A DNA stretch of 64,000 nt from Eledone cirrhosa (taxonomy: Eukaryota). How positions within the stretch are numbered: the stretch's first letter is position 1; every line of letters begins with the position of its first letter. Where the stretch lies: assembly GCA_964016885.1 (NCBI GenBank), contig OZ024741.1:64604001-64668000 (forward strand), given 5' to 3'. The notes under the pieces are model-generated. The model made no database searches. It was not told the DNA's origin and saw only the letters and a list, made by a program, of their open reading frames with translations. A program made the position numbers and the translations under genes. Shown in pieces: positions 26,555-40,473 of the stretch.

Positions 26555-27961
26555 TTAAATGTTATTTCTCATATCATTGTTTAATATCACTGTAATTGTG
26601 AATTGTGATTATATGTATATCATATTAATACACATCTTAAATTGATGTATTCATAAACAAGTTTTTCCTCAATAAAGGCAATAGAAGTATGAACAAAACT
26701 ATTTGAGTAAAATCATACATTTGGTGAACAGATGTGTATATTTTTAGTACCAAGACTGAATGGCAAAGTATATGAATACTTTGAAAAATTTAACAATAAA
26801 TAAACAAAATAGTATGAAGATATTAATATAGACATTGCCTTGCAATAAATGGAAATAATTTAAGTCATCTGACCGAACTTTAATTTTTAAAACAAGCCTG
26901 ATGAAGTTGAAATTCTTTTTTTTAAAGAAACCTGGATAATTCCATTTTTGTAATTTGAATTGCAAGTTTTTTTTATGTGAAACTATATGTTGTAACCAAC
27001 CAGTATTGTTGCACTTTTAGGAGGGTTATTTTGTCAATTAAAAACACATGGACAGCTTGAAATCCTCTTCTTTACTCTTAGTTCACCAACATGTGTGTGT
27101 TCTTAATATGCAAAATTACCCTCAAAATACAACAAATCGGAAAAAGTTTTACCATAGCAACCTTTCCTTTCACATAACTACATGTATATGTGTGTGCATG
27201 CATACAGAAGTGTGTATGTGTGTGCATGCACACGCTTATTCAGAATGACATTGCTTAAAAGATTCAAGAGCTTGGTTTTGGAATTGTTTGCTGGAACATT
27301 TACAGTCAGATTACAATACTGCTCCTTTCAAATGTCCAAACTATTTGAAGACTGATGGAAATACTAATGAAAAGATATGGAGGAAAGGTCTGAAAATCTA
27401 AGCAAGTAATGCAACCTGAAATGCTTTAGTAATAACAAGGCTGTTATTTAGGCAAAAGAACAGTCCCAGATTGTACTCAATTGGATCAACTTCAGTAAAT
27501 GCCAGTTACTTTATTTTTATTTTCTGAAAGATGACAAAACTAGAATCAGTCAAAACTGGCAAGATTTGAACTTGGGGCATACAGGGATAGAATTAAATAT
27601 TCTCAATTAACAATTATCTTCCCTGCTAGAAAAGACCAGATGGGTCTTTACTGACTAAGTCAGTACTCAAGCAAGCCACCGACATATTAGATGGGCCAGG
27701 AGCCTGCTCTGGCTTACATATGTTCCCACGCTCTACTGAGTACATTTTATATTATGTATTTAGTAAAGTTATCTACCATTTTTGACACACTTCAAAACAA
27801 GGCCACTTATTACAGGGGAGAGCATAGCCAATACATATCAACCCAGTAATTTACTGGGTCCTAATTTTATTCATCTCAAAAGATAGAAACCAAGATCAAC
27901 ATTGAAGGCATTTCAGGTCACATAACATGACTTCTGCCACTTCACCACCCACTCCGTCAAA

Positions 27962-28340
27962 TAATAATTGTTTCTATTTTTGGCACAAGGTCAGCAATTA
28001 ACCCAGTGAATTATTAGTGCTTTATTTTATCGACTCGTAAGGAAAATAGGCAAAGTCAACTTCAACGGGATTTGAACTCAGAACATAAAGGGCCATAACA
28101 CTATGCTGCAAAACATGGTGTCTGACACTCTACTGATACTGCCAATCCAATGATAATAATTTCTAATTTAGGCACAAGGCCAGCAATTTGTGTGGAAAGG
28201 GAAAGTCGATTATACCGACCCTAGTTTTTTGCAGTTACTTTATTTCATCAACCATGGAAAGATGAAAGGCAAAGAACCAGAACAAATACCACAATGGCAT
28301 TTTATCCAATGCTCTACCAATTCTGCCAATCCACGACCCT
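27962..28340 (-). mobile_element. Two adjacent SINE family B copies
   Basis: Plus-strand signature GGCACAAGG.CAGCAAT...AAGGCAAAG...CTGCCAATCC occurs twice. Confidence 0.75.
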
Positions 28341-28604
28341 CATAATAACAAAATAAAGTAATGGTACAGATTTGAAAAAAAGTAAATAATTATAATAAAG
28401 TCTGAAAGAATTAAGTTCTTTTTCTCATCCTTTTTCTTTCAGACTTTATCTTTCCAACTTTTCTCACTATTTAGTTGTGTAAAGGTGGATCAGTAATAAT
28501 AATAATTATTAATAAAAGTTAAATCAACAAATAACAGAAAAAAGATAAAAGAAAATCTCTAAGCTAACAATATTTATCTCCGTCTCTCTTTCTCACTCTC
28601 TATT

Positions 28605-28639
<35 letters not shown>

Positions 28640-29214
28640 GCCTAATTTAAACATATGGAATAGCAAAGAAATTAGAAAAACAAATAAAACTACCAAAACT
28701 AACAGAGAGGAAGTTATATGGTTGGAGCAAAAATAATAATTTTTTAAAATGAATAGTGATAAAAAAAATGAAGTACATCAAGTAAAAAAAGCTCATGGAT
28801 GGATCTTTAAAATTTGAGAAATAAAAAAAAAATACTGCTAAAATGTGTGGGGTGGGTGGGGGGGTTTTGAATGTATCTAGCCATGTGTGTGTTTGTATGT
28901 GCAGATGTGTATGAGTAAGTGAGTGCATGCACACATTTTGATAGGCAAAAACCATGCATTCACAATACAATACAGAGCAACCTGATTTGGATGTGGAAAA
29001 CATGTTTTGATGATAATTTTCAGCCATAATTAAATAATTTCTTTTTTAAATCAAAAAAATATTTAAATCAGAACTATGAACGAAAATCATGCATTAAATG
29101 AAGAGTGTAATGACAATTACTGTAAGCAGCACAAACAGTTCACTTTATGAAAAATACACTCTTCTTTACTGGCAGTTTTAGAATGAGGGCAGGGAAAGTC
29201 AAACTCACATCTTA

Positions 29215-29410
29215 ATAATTGTTTCTACTTTTGGCACAAGGCCAGCAATTACCCCAGTGAATTACTGGTACTTTATTTCATCGACCCCATAAGGATGAAA
29301 GGCAAAGTTAACCTCGGCGGGATTTGCACTCAGAACATAAAGGACCATAACTCTATGCTGCAAAGCATGGTGTCTGACGCTCTACCGATACTGCTAATCC
29401 ACCACCCTAA
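29215..29410 (-). mobile_element. Full-length SINE family B
   Basis: tRNA-like head, central GCCGAGGTTAACTTTGCCTTTCATCCTT..GGGGTCGAT..AAAGTACCAG, (ATT)n tail. Confidence 0.85.
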
Positions 29411-30850
29411 TAATAACTTTAGGAAAGGGCCAAGAGGAGATATTGGTGATGTACAGGACAGTTTAACTCATATTATAATGGTAGCTTTTGAATGAAATTG
29501 AATGGTAACTTTAAGATAGGGTCAAAAAGGGAAGTTTAACCCATGTTGTAATGGTAAATTTCGAATGAAATTAAACCAGAAATGGTAAGGTAGTAAAGTA
29601 AAGAATTATAATACCATGTCACCTACTAATAGCATCTGGATGGGTTTCAACAATTAATCATCCCTTTTGTTACCATATTTCTAATGAAAGACACTACTCT
29701 ATAATTTTTTTAATTATCTAAAAAATAATTCAGAATTTGGAGAGATTTAGTAAGCTGGTGGATGGAACTTAAAAATTCTTACATAAAATTATGATGGAAG
29801 GTTTTTAGATATATATAAAAATTTTAAACTATACAGCTTGCTATCACAGAACCAAGGTCGGTTTGGTATCAAAAGGGTTAAGTAATGTAAATAAACTCTT
29901 CAAGTCATATCATACTCACTAAAGGATTTACAATAGGATTTGAATAGTCATTTGATAAATATATGTGAATAATATTATCTGGCGGGATAAGAATGAGTGA
30001 ATTATCTTTGAGATGCCACAACATATTGTGTTTACTAAATTACAAGAACAGCAAAATCTGTTGCAATACACAAGCTGTATTTCTCGTTTTAATAGATTTG
30101 CAATCTGTAATAAAGGCACTCTGAGTTACTTAACTATTTCTAGATTCATAGTAATCTCTACTTATTACATGTTTGAATTATATATATATTGGCAATGAGG
30201 AAAGAGCACTGGATGTAAAATATTCATTTTTGAGAAAAGTTGCATACAGGAGTTAATGGTAATCGCAACTGAGCACCAAAAGGTATTTGATCAAGAGGTG
30301 GGTGCGTTGGTAAGGACATACAATATGATGGGTATAAAGATCAGTGAATTGATTATAGAAGGATGCAATGAGGGAAGAAGTAAGCTGTATAAATTTTGGT
30401 TGCAAGTCAAAAGATCAAGCATGAAAATGTTGAGCCTCACAAATGAGATAATGCATGGAAATAATCTAGATTATAAACATGTCCCATTCATAACATCATA
30501 GAATATCAAACATGAAAACAATTATAATTGTCTATCCCCTCCCCAAAACGACCCCCCCCCCCAAAAGTGTTGACATAACTACCAGGATAACTTCAAATTT
30601 CAAATAATAAGAATGCATTTAATATTCATCTAAAAAAACCAGCCACATTATTTCAAAATCGATGATAGGAAACAAATCAAACGAACAGGTACCCATAAAC
30701 AGAATTTATAAGTGAAACCAAAGAAGTTACCTCCCTTCGTACAGAGAATGGTAATAAAAATGTAGATACAGGATGATAGAATTATTTAGCGATACTCATA
30801 GCCACTAACTATTTAAATTAAAAATTACATATTTTATATATATATATATA

Positions 30851-31101
30851 TGAGCAAGACACTTTATTTCACATTGCTCCAGTTTACTCAGCTGTAGAAA
30901 TGAGATGATAGGACTGGGTTCCCTATCATTCCACTGCAAAGTGGTCATGGAGGTGCCACGGCAAAAAAGCACCCAGCACTCACTGTAAATGAGGTTGGTG
31001 TTAGGAAGGGCATCCAGCTGTAGAAATCAAGCCAGACCAGTTCCCGTCCCACCCTTGCAAGCAGGGAAAAGCGGACGTAAAATGATGATGATGTTGATGA
31101 T
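30851..31101 (+). mobile_element. 5'-truncated SINE family A
   Basis: Reverse complement of most of 2981-3317; ends in GGACGTAAAATGATGATG. Confidence 0.85.
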
Positions 31102-31811
31102 AGCTATTAATTGAAAGAAAGTCAAATCTATAACATTCTAATACCAATTTATATAATTTTCATACATTCAAATCAAGTAAACTACTAAACTTAATCATCT
31201 CCATAGTTATACCGAATATGAAAACATAAAATCTAAGTGAAATTCCAATCATAAAACCTAAATTCCACATCAAAAATTTAAAGAAAAAACAATCGGCAAT
31301 ATTCAATTCTACTAAATTTTGAAATGCTTCACCATGCAGCAGTAGGCTGTTCATTAAATAACTGTTCTACAAGAAACCATATATTGTCATAATAAAATAC
31401 CAATATTTTATATTGAAAAAGTCTAAAAGTTTACTAGCGTGGAAGATGGACGTTGAACGATGATGATGATGATGATGATATATATATATATATATGAAAA
31501 ATGAAACAATGTATTTATCTCAATATCTCCAAGATTCAGAAAACTAACCAGATTATAGGCTAAACTATGACATATATATATATAAATTCAACATAAAATA
31601 CTCCTGAAGTTGATTCAATTAGTTATCTTAAACCATATTTCTAGACAATTTGAGAGTGAAATTAGATAAAAAAGATTTTCCAACTTCTCAAAAACACCAT
31701 TTTGTACCCTCCTTTATAGTCTATTTCTACTAATAAAAATGTCTGACTCTAGATTCATAGGAGAAATATAGCTGAGTGAATCAACTGCAGTAGATGACAA
31801 GAAGTTGTCTT

Positions 31812-31870
31812 ATCAACTCAGTAGATGATTAATACCATCAACTCAGTAGATGATTAATACCATCAACTCA
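31812..31870. repeat. 25-bp tandem repeat x2.4
   Basis: atcaactcagtagatgattaatacc repeated. Confidence 0.85.
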
Positions 31871-34800
31871 CAAGAGTTGTTGGTTTAAGTCAAACTTTGA
31901 GAGGTTCAAAATCAGAATTGTAAAGGGTGAAAATAAATATTTTCTGCTAGATATCAAGCATATCCATCTTTGTATTTTTGTGTGCTAGTTTGGCATGAAA
32001 GGAGAATAGTTTATGATCATTAAATTATCAAACAAAAAGTTTTAAAAAACCCACTGAATTTAGCATGTTAACAGGCAAGAAAACAGATAGGGGCTTTGCA
32101 AACCATACTTGCACACAGCTACAGACGATAGCTTTGCAAACTTTAAATATATGAATAAAGTTGTTAATAATATTAATGATTGTGATAGTGGTGATGATTT
32201 CTTCTGAAGGGACAACGTCACAAATTTTTTAACGTTGAATATGAGTGTGTGACGTTCATGCCTTTCTCTAGGGCATTAGTGATGTGAGTGAAGTGAATTG
32301 GCTTTAACCGAGAACCAAAACCACATTGCAGACTTGGCTCACTGGGGAGCTTACCTCTAGCTCAAAGGCACTCATCACAATAATATAAGAATAATAACAA
32401 ATGACAGTCAAGATAGCACAAAAGGATGGAATTAATTGGTAAACATACGAACCCTGTCCACGCCCAACCCCCTCCCAGAATGGCAAAACAGTCCAGGAAC
32501 AAGCCAGCATAGTTATGGTGCTATACCTTTTTCCCTTTTTCGCATCACCAATGTCATATAGGTGGGACTTGAAGCTACAATACATAAAGCAAACTTCAGC
32601 TGTGATAGGGGATTTTTTTTTTAGAGGTATGTGCATAAGCTAACAAATTAATTTACAAAATAATTTTTTTATAATTTTACACAAGCAACTGGCATACCAC
32701 TGGTAATGGGCTGCACAAAAATATTGCAGTAACTGGACTCCCCAGCAAAATGCAAAGGGTGCCAAGAATTTACCTCTTGCTAGCACCATCTTAAAAAAAA
32801 TATATATATATTTAAATTAATAAATTGGTTTTAAATTTTGCATGTGCTATAAAATGAAAATCAAAAGTGGTATAGGAAATTAAAACTGAATTCCTAAACT
32901 AAAACTTATGACTTTCTATCCCCAAATATATATCTTTCATGTTAATGAATGTATAATGAAAATGTTTGGGTATTTTTTGTTAAAGAAATCTGGAGGCAAG
33001 CCAGGTGCAGGGAAGGTATTTAGACAACCTAACAGACTAGTACATGACAGGTCCTTATTTTTCCAACCCTATCAAAATCAAAGAGGACAGACGGAAAAGA
33101 AAAGTCACCACTGACACGAGTTCTGAGATAGTACAGAAACCACCATCATTATTTTACATTCACTTTTCCAATCAACTAATCATCATCACCATCTTCATCT
33201 TTACGTCCACTTTTCCATGCTGACATGAGTTGGACAGACATTTTCACTCTTTTAGTCACTTCTTACGACACACAGGGATACATTGTGTCTATGCCAGCAT
33301 GTCATGTCATAAATCTAAAAATCTTAAAGTCATTAACTAAACAAAATAATTGTATCAACCAAAATGCCAATAAAATATACACAAACAGACAGATAACAAA
33401 TATTGAAGAAATTTCTTACTCACAACTAGTAATGTCATGTAAATGCTGATAGAACATTGAACCAGAAAATATGAGTGTAAGTTCAGCTCCAATATGCATG
33501 GATCAATAAATAGATTGTTGTCATTAGGCAGTATATCTAAGTATTTCAGCCTAAATATATATATGCTTTACACTCGCACACACAAATCTATAATTTTTTT
33601 TAAATGGCACAAGGCCACAGAGTATATAAGAATGGTACATAGCAACACAAAATTAAGTACTTTTGTACTTTAATCTCTTTGCTTTACCATTTCTGTCAAC
33701 AACATCCACTACTGTGTCCTTTCCTTAATAACAATGACTAGAAATAATTTATAATTAAGACACCTAAACACAAATCAAATAAATACTGCATGTATATCTA
33801 AGTAAAGGCACAGAACAAAATAAAGATATAACATTGTTTGCTAAAGCAATGGAAGGAATTAATACAAATAATAAAGCAGATTCACTGAGTAAAAGAAAAA
33901 AAAAAGAAGAGAAAATGAAGAATGACTAGCCAATACAAATAAGCATCCTAACAATCGTAGATCAATAGGCAGAAAAATAAATTATTCTCATCTCATTAAC
34001 ATTAATAAATTAGTTTCCTTAACCCTTTTCATACGAACCTACCCTTTCAGCAGCATATTTCAAAATGAAATACCCTGGATTTTAGTTAATTAATGAAGAA
34101 TGTTGAGAGATTTATTCTTTTTTTATTTCATTATTAAGATGGTATTTGTAACATAACCTAATAAATAGTTTTTATATGAAATTATGTTAGAAGGTTATAA
34201 TTTAAATAGGAGCACTTTAAAATGGGAGGGTTTGTTTCATAGAACCTGAAGAGGTTTGGGACAAGTTGGTATCAAAAGGGTGAAGATTACATGTGGATCT
34301 ATGACACAAAACCAGTTGTTTTATATTATTGATATTTAAATTAAAACCTTCCATCATAATGTCATGCATGAACCTTTAAGTTATGTTCATACCAATAAAT
34401 GTTAGTTATTTCACTAAATCCCACCAAATATTTTCAAAATTAATTATAACAAAAAGAGTATTTTTGCTGAGATTATGCTCCTTCATCTTATCTCCAAACT
34501 ACTAAATGCTATACTGAGTGTGGTAACACAACCAGAGTACCTCTACCAAATAACTTCATTTGAAGCAAAAGTTACCAGTCTAATAATACTACAGTTGCAG
34601 CTGTATTGACGTTATACAGTTCATATATACTCTACATGTGTATGTACATACACACACATATACATACAAAGTAGTAAAATAATAAATACCAAGACATGGC
34701 TATATAAAGATAACATGGTTAGTTTTCACAAAAGGCCTGCATGTCACAGCTAAAGAACAGACAATTACCTAGTAGTAATCAAAATTGAGTTATTAACTTG

Positions 34801-36689
34801 ATTCTGCCAGGAACTAACCACCTAGTTACAACAATCACCACAATATTCATGTATACAAGATAGAGAGAAAATAAAACACATATACAAGAAAAAAGCATAT
34901 AGCCATCACAAAAGCATATACCATTACTCTGGAACTGTTAAATGAAAGCAACTCTGGTGTGCTGTTATTAAGTTTTCCTAAATCAGAAGCTCATATTACC
35001 CTTTTAATACCAATCCACTTAAAACTGGCCCTCGTTTTGATACAAAACTGCCCATTTTAACTTTCCATCATAATTTAAAATAATTTTTTGTTAAATTATG
35101 TTTCAAATATTAGCTTACTAGCGAAATTGTTAGTTATTTTATTAAATTTCTCCAATTCTTTTTTATTTTTAAAATTATTTCAAACGCCATAGTTAGAGTA
35201 TTTTATTAGACACAGTAACGAAAGGATTGCTTAGGCCAATGTTTCTATTTAAAAGCTGTGGTAGAAAGCAGATGAGGTTAACATCACTGTCCAGTGATAT
35301 TAACCTATTACAGTCAACATTTCCAAATGTCCTTATTCCTCAATAAGGTGTGTGGTATAATATGGTGAGACCCAGAAGCCCATAAACTTACTGGAATATT
35401 ATGACATAGTCATCAAATAATCATTCATTATCTTCTCCAGAATTGACTGCCAGCAATATATGCATGGGCCCATAATTCCAGATGAAATTGTAGAGTCATC
35501 ATAGTGACATACTAGGGCATTTTAAACTTGGTGGAGCTCATCCCCAATTCATATCTGAACACAGCTGATTTCTTCCAGAGAAGGATGGAGGAAGTGAGAT
35601 ATAAGAGAAGAATTGGTCCCAGTAATGGATGGGTACATTTTTTTTATCGACCTTGAAAGGATGAAAAGCAAAGTTGACCTTGGTAGGTTTTGAACTCAGA
35701 GCGCAGACAGTTGGAACAAATATCACAAAGCATTCTATCCAATGTTCTAGTGACACTGCCAATTTGCTACCTTGCCAGCAATGTACTCCAAGACAAATTG
35801 AAACCAGCAGTACAGAAAGGAACTTCTCAACTAATTGTCTACAAGATAAATTCTTTGCACACTCAAGTTATTTAGCCCCTCTACAATAGTAAATAGAAAA
35901 ACTTTGATATGTTTGTATCAGGGCAACTACAAATATTTCTTGGCATTGGCTAATACCACTGAACTGATAGGTGGTAATAAATAAAAACCAACCATTGGGA
36001 CTATGGTTTATAACACAAGGGAGCCATTAAACTGCTTGTAACCAGCACACTGCCAAGTGGATGCCATTACTTACAATAATATTCAACAAATGATAAGTTA
36101 TAGATATAACATGCAGTCTTATGAAGTTTTGAATTTGTCTGTGTGTATGTGTGTGTGTGATTGTTAAAACTTAAAGACTTACATTTAAAAGAAAAAAATG
36201 TAAACGAGAGGCCGCATGCCTATTCACAAAAATGTGAACAAAAAAAGTCATTACTTTATATGTATGTTTGTATGTGTGTGCGTGTGTGAGTATGTGTGTG
36301 TGCGTGTGTGTGTCAGTGTGTATGTGTACATATATAAATATATACATGAGGAAAGAAAACAAGAAAACTTAGAGACTTGAGGTTATGCCGTTTGCATGCA
36401 AAAGATATTCAACAGAAATTCATTGGAAACTGAAGGATTACTTTCACCTAGAAAGGTAGTAAGAAAACTGATAGATGAAGGCAAAAGAAAGAGAAAAGAG
36501 AAGATGGAAGTAAAAGGATAAACACCATATTTGAAATACAGGGAAATATCATGAAATTAAAATAATAAAAATAACAATAATAATAATAGTATGTGGAATA
36601 TATATATATATTAAAAACAAGAAAATGTTAAACGAATATTGCTAACTAACTGACAAGCAATAATATAGCATAATAATGGAACCACTTAC

Positions 36690-36798
36690 CTGGATAACCA
36701 TGTGTAGGAACACCTGGTCCACCGGCTCTCATTCCCATCGGTGGCGGCGGAGGCCCGCCACTGCCCATCTGCGGTCCAGGGTATGGGGCCCGAGGTCC
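36690..36798 (-). CDS. SMARCD1: BAF60/SMARCD exon, Pro/Gly/Met-rich (GPRAPYPGPQMGSGGPPPPPMGMRAGGPGVPTHGYP-), 109 nt, phase 0/1
   Basis: GC-rich island; acceptor tttcatttattttgaAG and donor CAG|GTAAGT. Composition resembles the PGM-rich N-terminus of SMARCD proteins. Joins in frame to exon 1783-1672. Confidence 0.85.
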
Positions 36799-38132
36799 CT
36801 TCAAAATAAATGAAAAAACATCTCCCACTAGACAGCCACAAGTAAGGTTGATAAGAGTTACAACATGGTGTATCCAAATGACCTCTTAACATACAATTTT
36901 AGAAATCAGCTTCAGCTCAAAACACTTTCTTGATTGACTAGTTGTAAAACAAAGCAAAGCAACTGGAACTCTAATTATTTAAATCCATTTTACACATGAA
37001 CTATGTGTACACATACATCATCATCACTATTATCATTTAACATCCATTTCCCTGCTAGCAAGTCAACACAGAATCAGTAGTCATATGGAGCTACTGACCT
37101 CTCAAATAGTCCAAGGGCCTATATCTTACATACATTCCCATATTCTGCCCAGTACTCAGACAGACCAGAGACCTGCATCTCGCCTACACACATGTATATA
37201 CATATATATCTGTAGGTATATGTGTCTGTGTGTATGTTTTTTTTGTGTCCTAGTCATCATTAAGACATCTGGCTAGGAGAAAGTCACTGATATAAAACCT
37301 GTGACTTCGTTTGCATCCAATGGTGTAGATGAGTTCTACTTTTGGGGTTCAGAGTGTGGAATTGGCCCCGAGCAAAGTCTTTCCTCACTTAAAAAAGCTT
37401 CAAGACAGGCATCGCTTGATATGTGACATTTTTTTGCAATGCATGACATTGCTAGCCATAGACAAGCCCCTAGCAGGACTGAAAAGCTACGTCCATGATG
37501 CTAATGCTTAAGTATCAAGCGATGGCATGATAATCTTCATTCCTATGTCAAATCTCAGTGTGTGACGACTCATGGAAAAGGGACATAAAACAGTGTTGAT
37601 GATGATGATACCCTAACCCATTGAAGCATGGAAAAATGGATGTAAAAATGGATGTAAAAATGATAATGCTATAATTATGAGTCAATTTTTCACAAATAAA
37701 TTTCTATAGAATGGGTATAAAGTTGATTGAATCAACTCCATTATAGACTTGGTACTTAGTTTTTTGGCTCTAGAGATATTAAGTAAAGAGAGGAAAGTAA
37801 GTGCTGTTGGGCACTTAACCTTTTCATTACCATATTTTTAATTAAAGATACTGCCTGTGATAATTTTCAAATTATTTTGAAAATAATCAAGAATTTTGAG
37901 TGACATAGTAATATAACTAACTTCTTCATAATTAAGCTGGTCAGTCATATTTTTAACTGAAGTATATTTGTGATCTGACAAACCCTGTATACAATTAGGT
38001 ATATGACAGGTGATACATTATATAATTATTTAATTGTTTATTTAATTAATTTTCTACTGCTAACAAAACTCAATGCGTCGGGAACAAATTTTTTTTTTTT
38101 TTAAATATATCACCAATCCTTTCCTTATTTAA

Positions 38133-38340
38133 CCCTTTAGCAATTAAGCCGGCTGTGTCCGGCCAGCATACCCTCACCTCTTTCTGTTCAAACTGGTTGT
38201 AACCGGCCGCTCATACTGACGTTAAGGTATTGTTCTCAAAATAAATAATATCAAAATCTCAGAGATTTGATATTATGTGAGGTAAAGCCTTTACCACGAA
38301 AATACAATAGTAAATATAGAGTAATGTAAATGCTAAAGGG
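38133..38340 (-). mobile_element. piggyBac-like MITE family 2, inverted copy
   Basis: TTAA flanks at 38129-38132 and 38341-38344; reverse complement of 26334-26554. Confidence 0.85.
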
Positions 38341-38477
38341 TTAAAACAGTAGGGTTCAATTTGAAGAAGATTTCACCTGCTATTTCCAGCTGAATGAGTA
38401 ACTACAAAGATACTATAGTTTCAGTTAATCACTTGGAAGTACCTTCATCTCAAAACCCTGAAATATAATTACAAGTA

Positions 38478-38985
38478 CAGTAAACCCTTCATTTAACGGA
38501 CCCAAATTTAAAGTATTTGGATTTAATGGACAAATAATAATAATTGCTCCTACTTTTGGCACAAGGCCAGCAATTATCCCAGTGCATTACTGGTACTTTA
38601 TTTTATTGCCTCCATAAGGATTAAAGGCAAAGTTAACCTGGGCAAAGTTAACTCAGACCGTAAAGAGCCGTAACTATGCTCCAAAGCATGGCATCTGATC
38701 CTCCATCGATAATGCCAATCTACCGCCAAATGATAATAATAATACAACACTGTACAACTACTAAAAGCACTCTTTAACTACACTGTTGAAAGTGAAATCA
38801 CTATTACATATTCCTTGTTAAAATTGAATTTTATATTGTGCACTCATGTATATTGTATTAAAGATGTTTGTTTTTTACATTAAAAGTAATAAAAACTTCT
38901 CCCCGTGTTACTTTTGATTTAATAGACTTTCAGCATTAGCAAACAAACCTTTCCCCTATTAGTTTGTTAAATTGATGATTTACTG
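38478..38985. mobile_element. Tc1/pogo (Tigger-like) MITE with a nested SINE-B (~38535-38745)
   Basis: TA|CAGTAAACCCTTCATTTAAC at the left end, GTTAAATTGATGATTTACTG|TA at the right; TA TSD. Confidence 0.6.
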
Positions 38986-39068
38986 TACTTTGATACTTAA
39001 AAAAAGAAAAGAAGCTGATGGTCAAATCAGCTCAAGTAAACTAAGTTGCCATTATTATCTGCCAGTTG

Positions 39069-39255
39069 GGGCGGTGGATTGGCAGTATCGGTAGAGGGTC
39101 GGACGCTATACTTTGACATATAGAGTTACGGCCCTTGCCATTCTGAGTCCAAATCCCGCCGAGGTTAACTTTGCCTTTCATCCTTACGGGGTCGATAAAA
39201 TAAAGTACCAGTAATGCGCTGGGTAATTGCTCGCCTTGTGCCAAACATAGAAACA
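39069..39255 (+). mobile_element. Full-length SINE family B in the rare plus orientation, with 18-bp TSD
   Basis: A box TGGCAGTATCGG, B-box-like GAGTCCAAATCC. Direct repeat attattatctgccagttg at 39051-39068 and 39256-39273. Confidence 0.9.
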
Positions 39256-39581
39256 ATTATTATCTGCCAGTTGCAATTCCTGGCAACAGATGGTGGAATT
39301 TGAACTCAGAATGCCGAGAGCCAGATCAGACATCACAAAGCATCCTGTCCAACTCTTTAATAATTTTGACTATCCACAGCCCTTAAACTAGTAATTTATC
39401 AACCCTGAAAGGATGAAAGCCAAAGTTGACCTCAGCAGGATTGGAACTCAGAGTGCAGAGAGCTGGAATCAATACCAAAGCATTTAATCTAATGCTCTAA
39501 TGATTCTATTTTGCCACTTATAGGTACTTAAATCAGAACTAAATCTAGTTAGTAATCCTCTTCTTTCTGTTTTGATAATAA

Positions 39582-39767
39582 CAATAATTGTTTCTACTTT
39601 AGGCACAAGGCCAGCAATTACCCAGTGCATTACTGGTACTTTATTTTATCGACCCCGTAAGGATGAAAGGCAAAGTCAACCTCGGCGGGATTTGAACTCA
39701 GATCGTAAAGGGACGTAACTATGCTGGAAAGCATGGCGTCCGACCCTCTACCGATACTGCCAATCCA
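39582..39767 (-). mobile_element. Full-length, CpG-retaining SINE family B (another at ~40130-40340)
   Basis: Reverse-complement match to 39069-39255; B box GAGTTCAAATCC. Confidence 0.9.
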
Positions 39768-40467
39768 AATACTTCTGGAGTACACCTGTGAAAGCGTTTT
39801 AACTTATTTCTAGCCAACCAAGAAAATATTCTGCCAGATATCAATAAATTGGTTATTTCAGATATAAATAACAATCAAAATCAAGCACAATTTTAAAAAA
39901 AAAAAAACCATTAATAATCAGTTGCTTTTTTACAGTTAAGAGTACTTTCTCTCTCACATGTACACACACATATACATACATACATACATTGTCTTTGTTT
40001 CACTCACACATCTCTTTCTCGGTGACCATAGTGTAACATTAAGACTATAAAAAACAAACTAGTGTTCAGAAATCTTCCTTACCTCCAATAACTTATGGAA
40101 CCAAAACTGAAAGACCTTAACATGTACTCAATTTCTAATTTAGGCTTAGGGCCAGCAATTTGAGGGGGAGGAGAAAGTCGATTAAATCGACCCCAGTGCA
40201 TTACTGGTGCTTTATTTTATCGACCCAATAAGGATGAAAGGCAAAGCTAACCTCGGCGGAATTTGAACTCAGAATGTAAAGGGCCGAACTCTGCCGCAAA
40301 GCAAGGAGTTCAACACCCTACCGATACTGCCAATCCAATAATAATAAATAGCAATCAATAATTGTAATAGGGAATGTTAAATAGTAAAGATTTTGCAATC
40401 CTCCACATCCCAAACTTTTCTACTCTCTCTCTTTCTCTCCATCAATAACACTAACAAATATACTTAC

Positions 40468-40473
40468 CTCAAT
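40468..40473 (-). CDS. SMARCD1: Candidate 6-nt microexon (ATT GAG = Ile-Glu), phase 0/0
   Basis: Minus strand reads ...ctcatttaaaaattggcTGCattaCAG|ATTGAG|GTAAGTA. Consensus donor, CAG acceptor, UGC at -10..-8, ~42-nt AG-free zone, and it lies in a phase-0 intron. Confidence 0.45.

Noticed and set aside
30190-30500. 81-aa ORF with faint similarity to an RTE C-terminus
   Set aside because: Too degraded to call confidently; not a host exon (opposite strand, no splice support).
40083-40106. 24-nt in-frame exon candidate (FWFHKLLE) with GAG|GTAAGG donor
   Set aside because: The acceptor has a very short pyrimidine tract with a competing AG ~10 nt upstream and abuts a SINE tail. Not supportable without reads, though cheap to add to a junction library.
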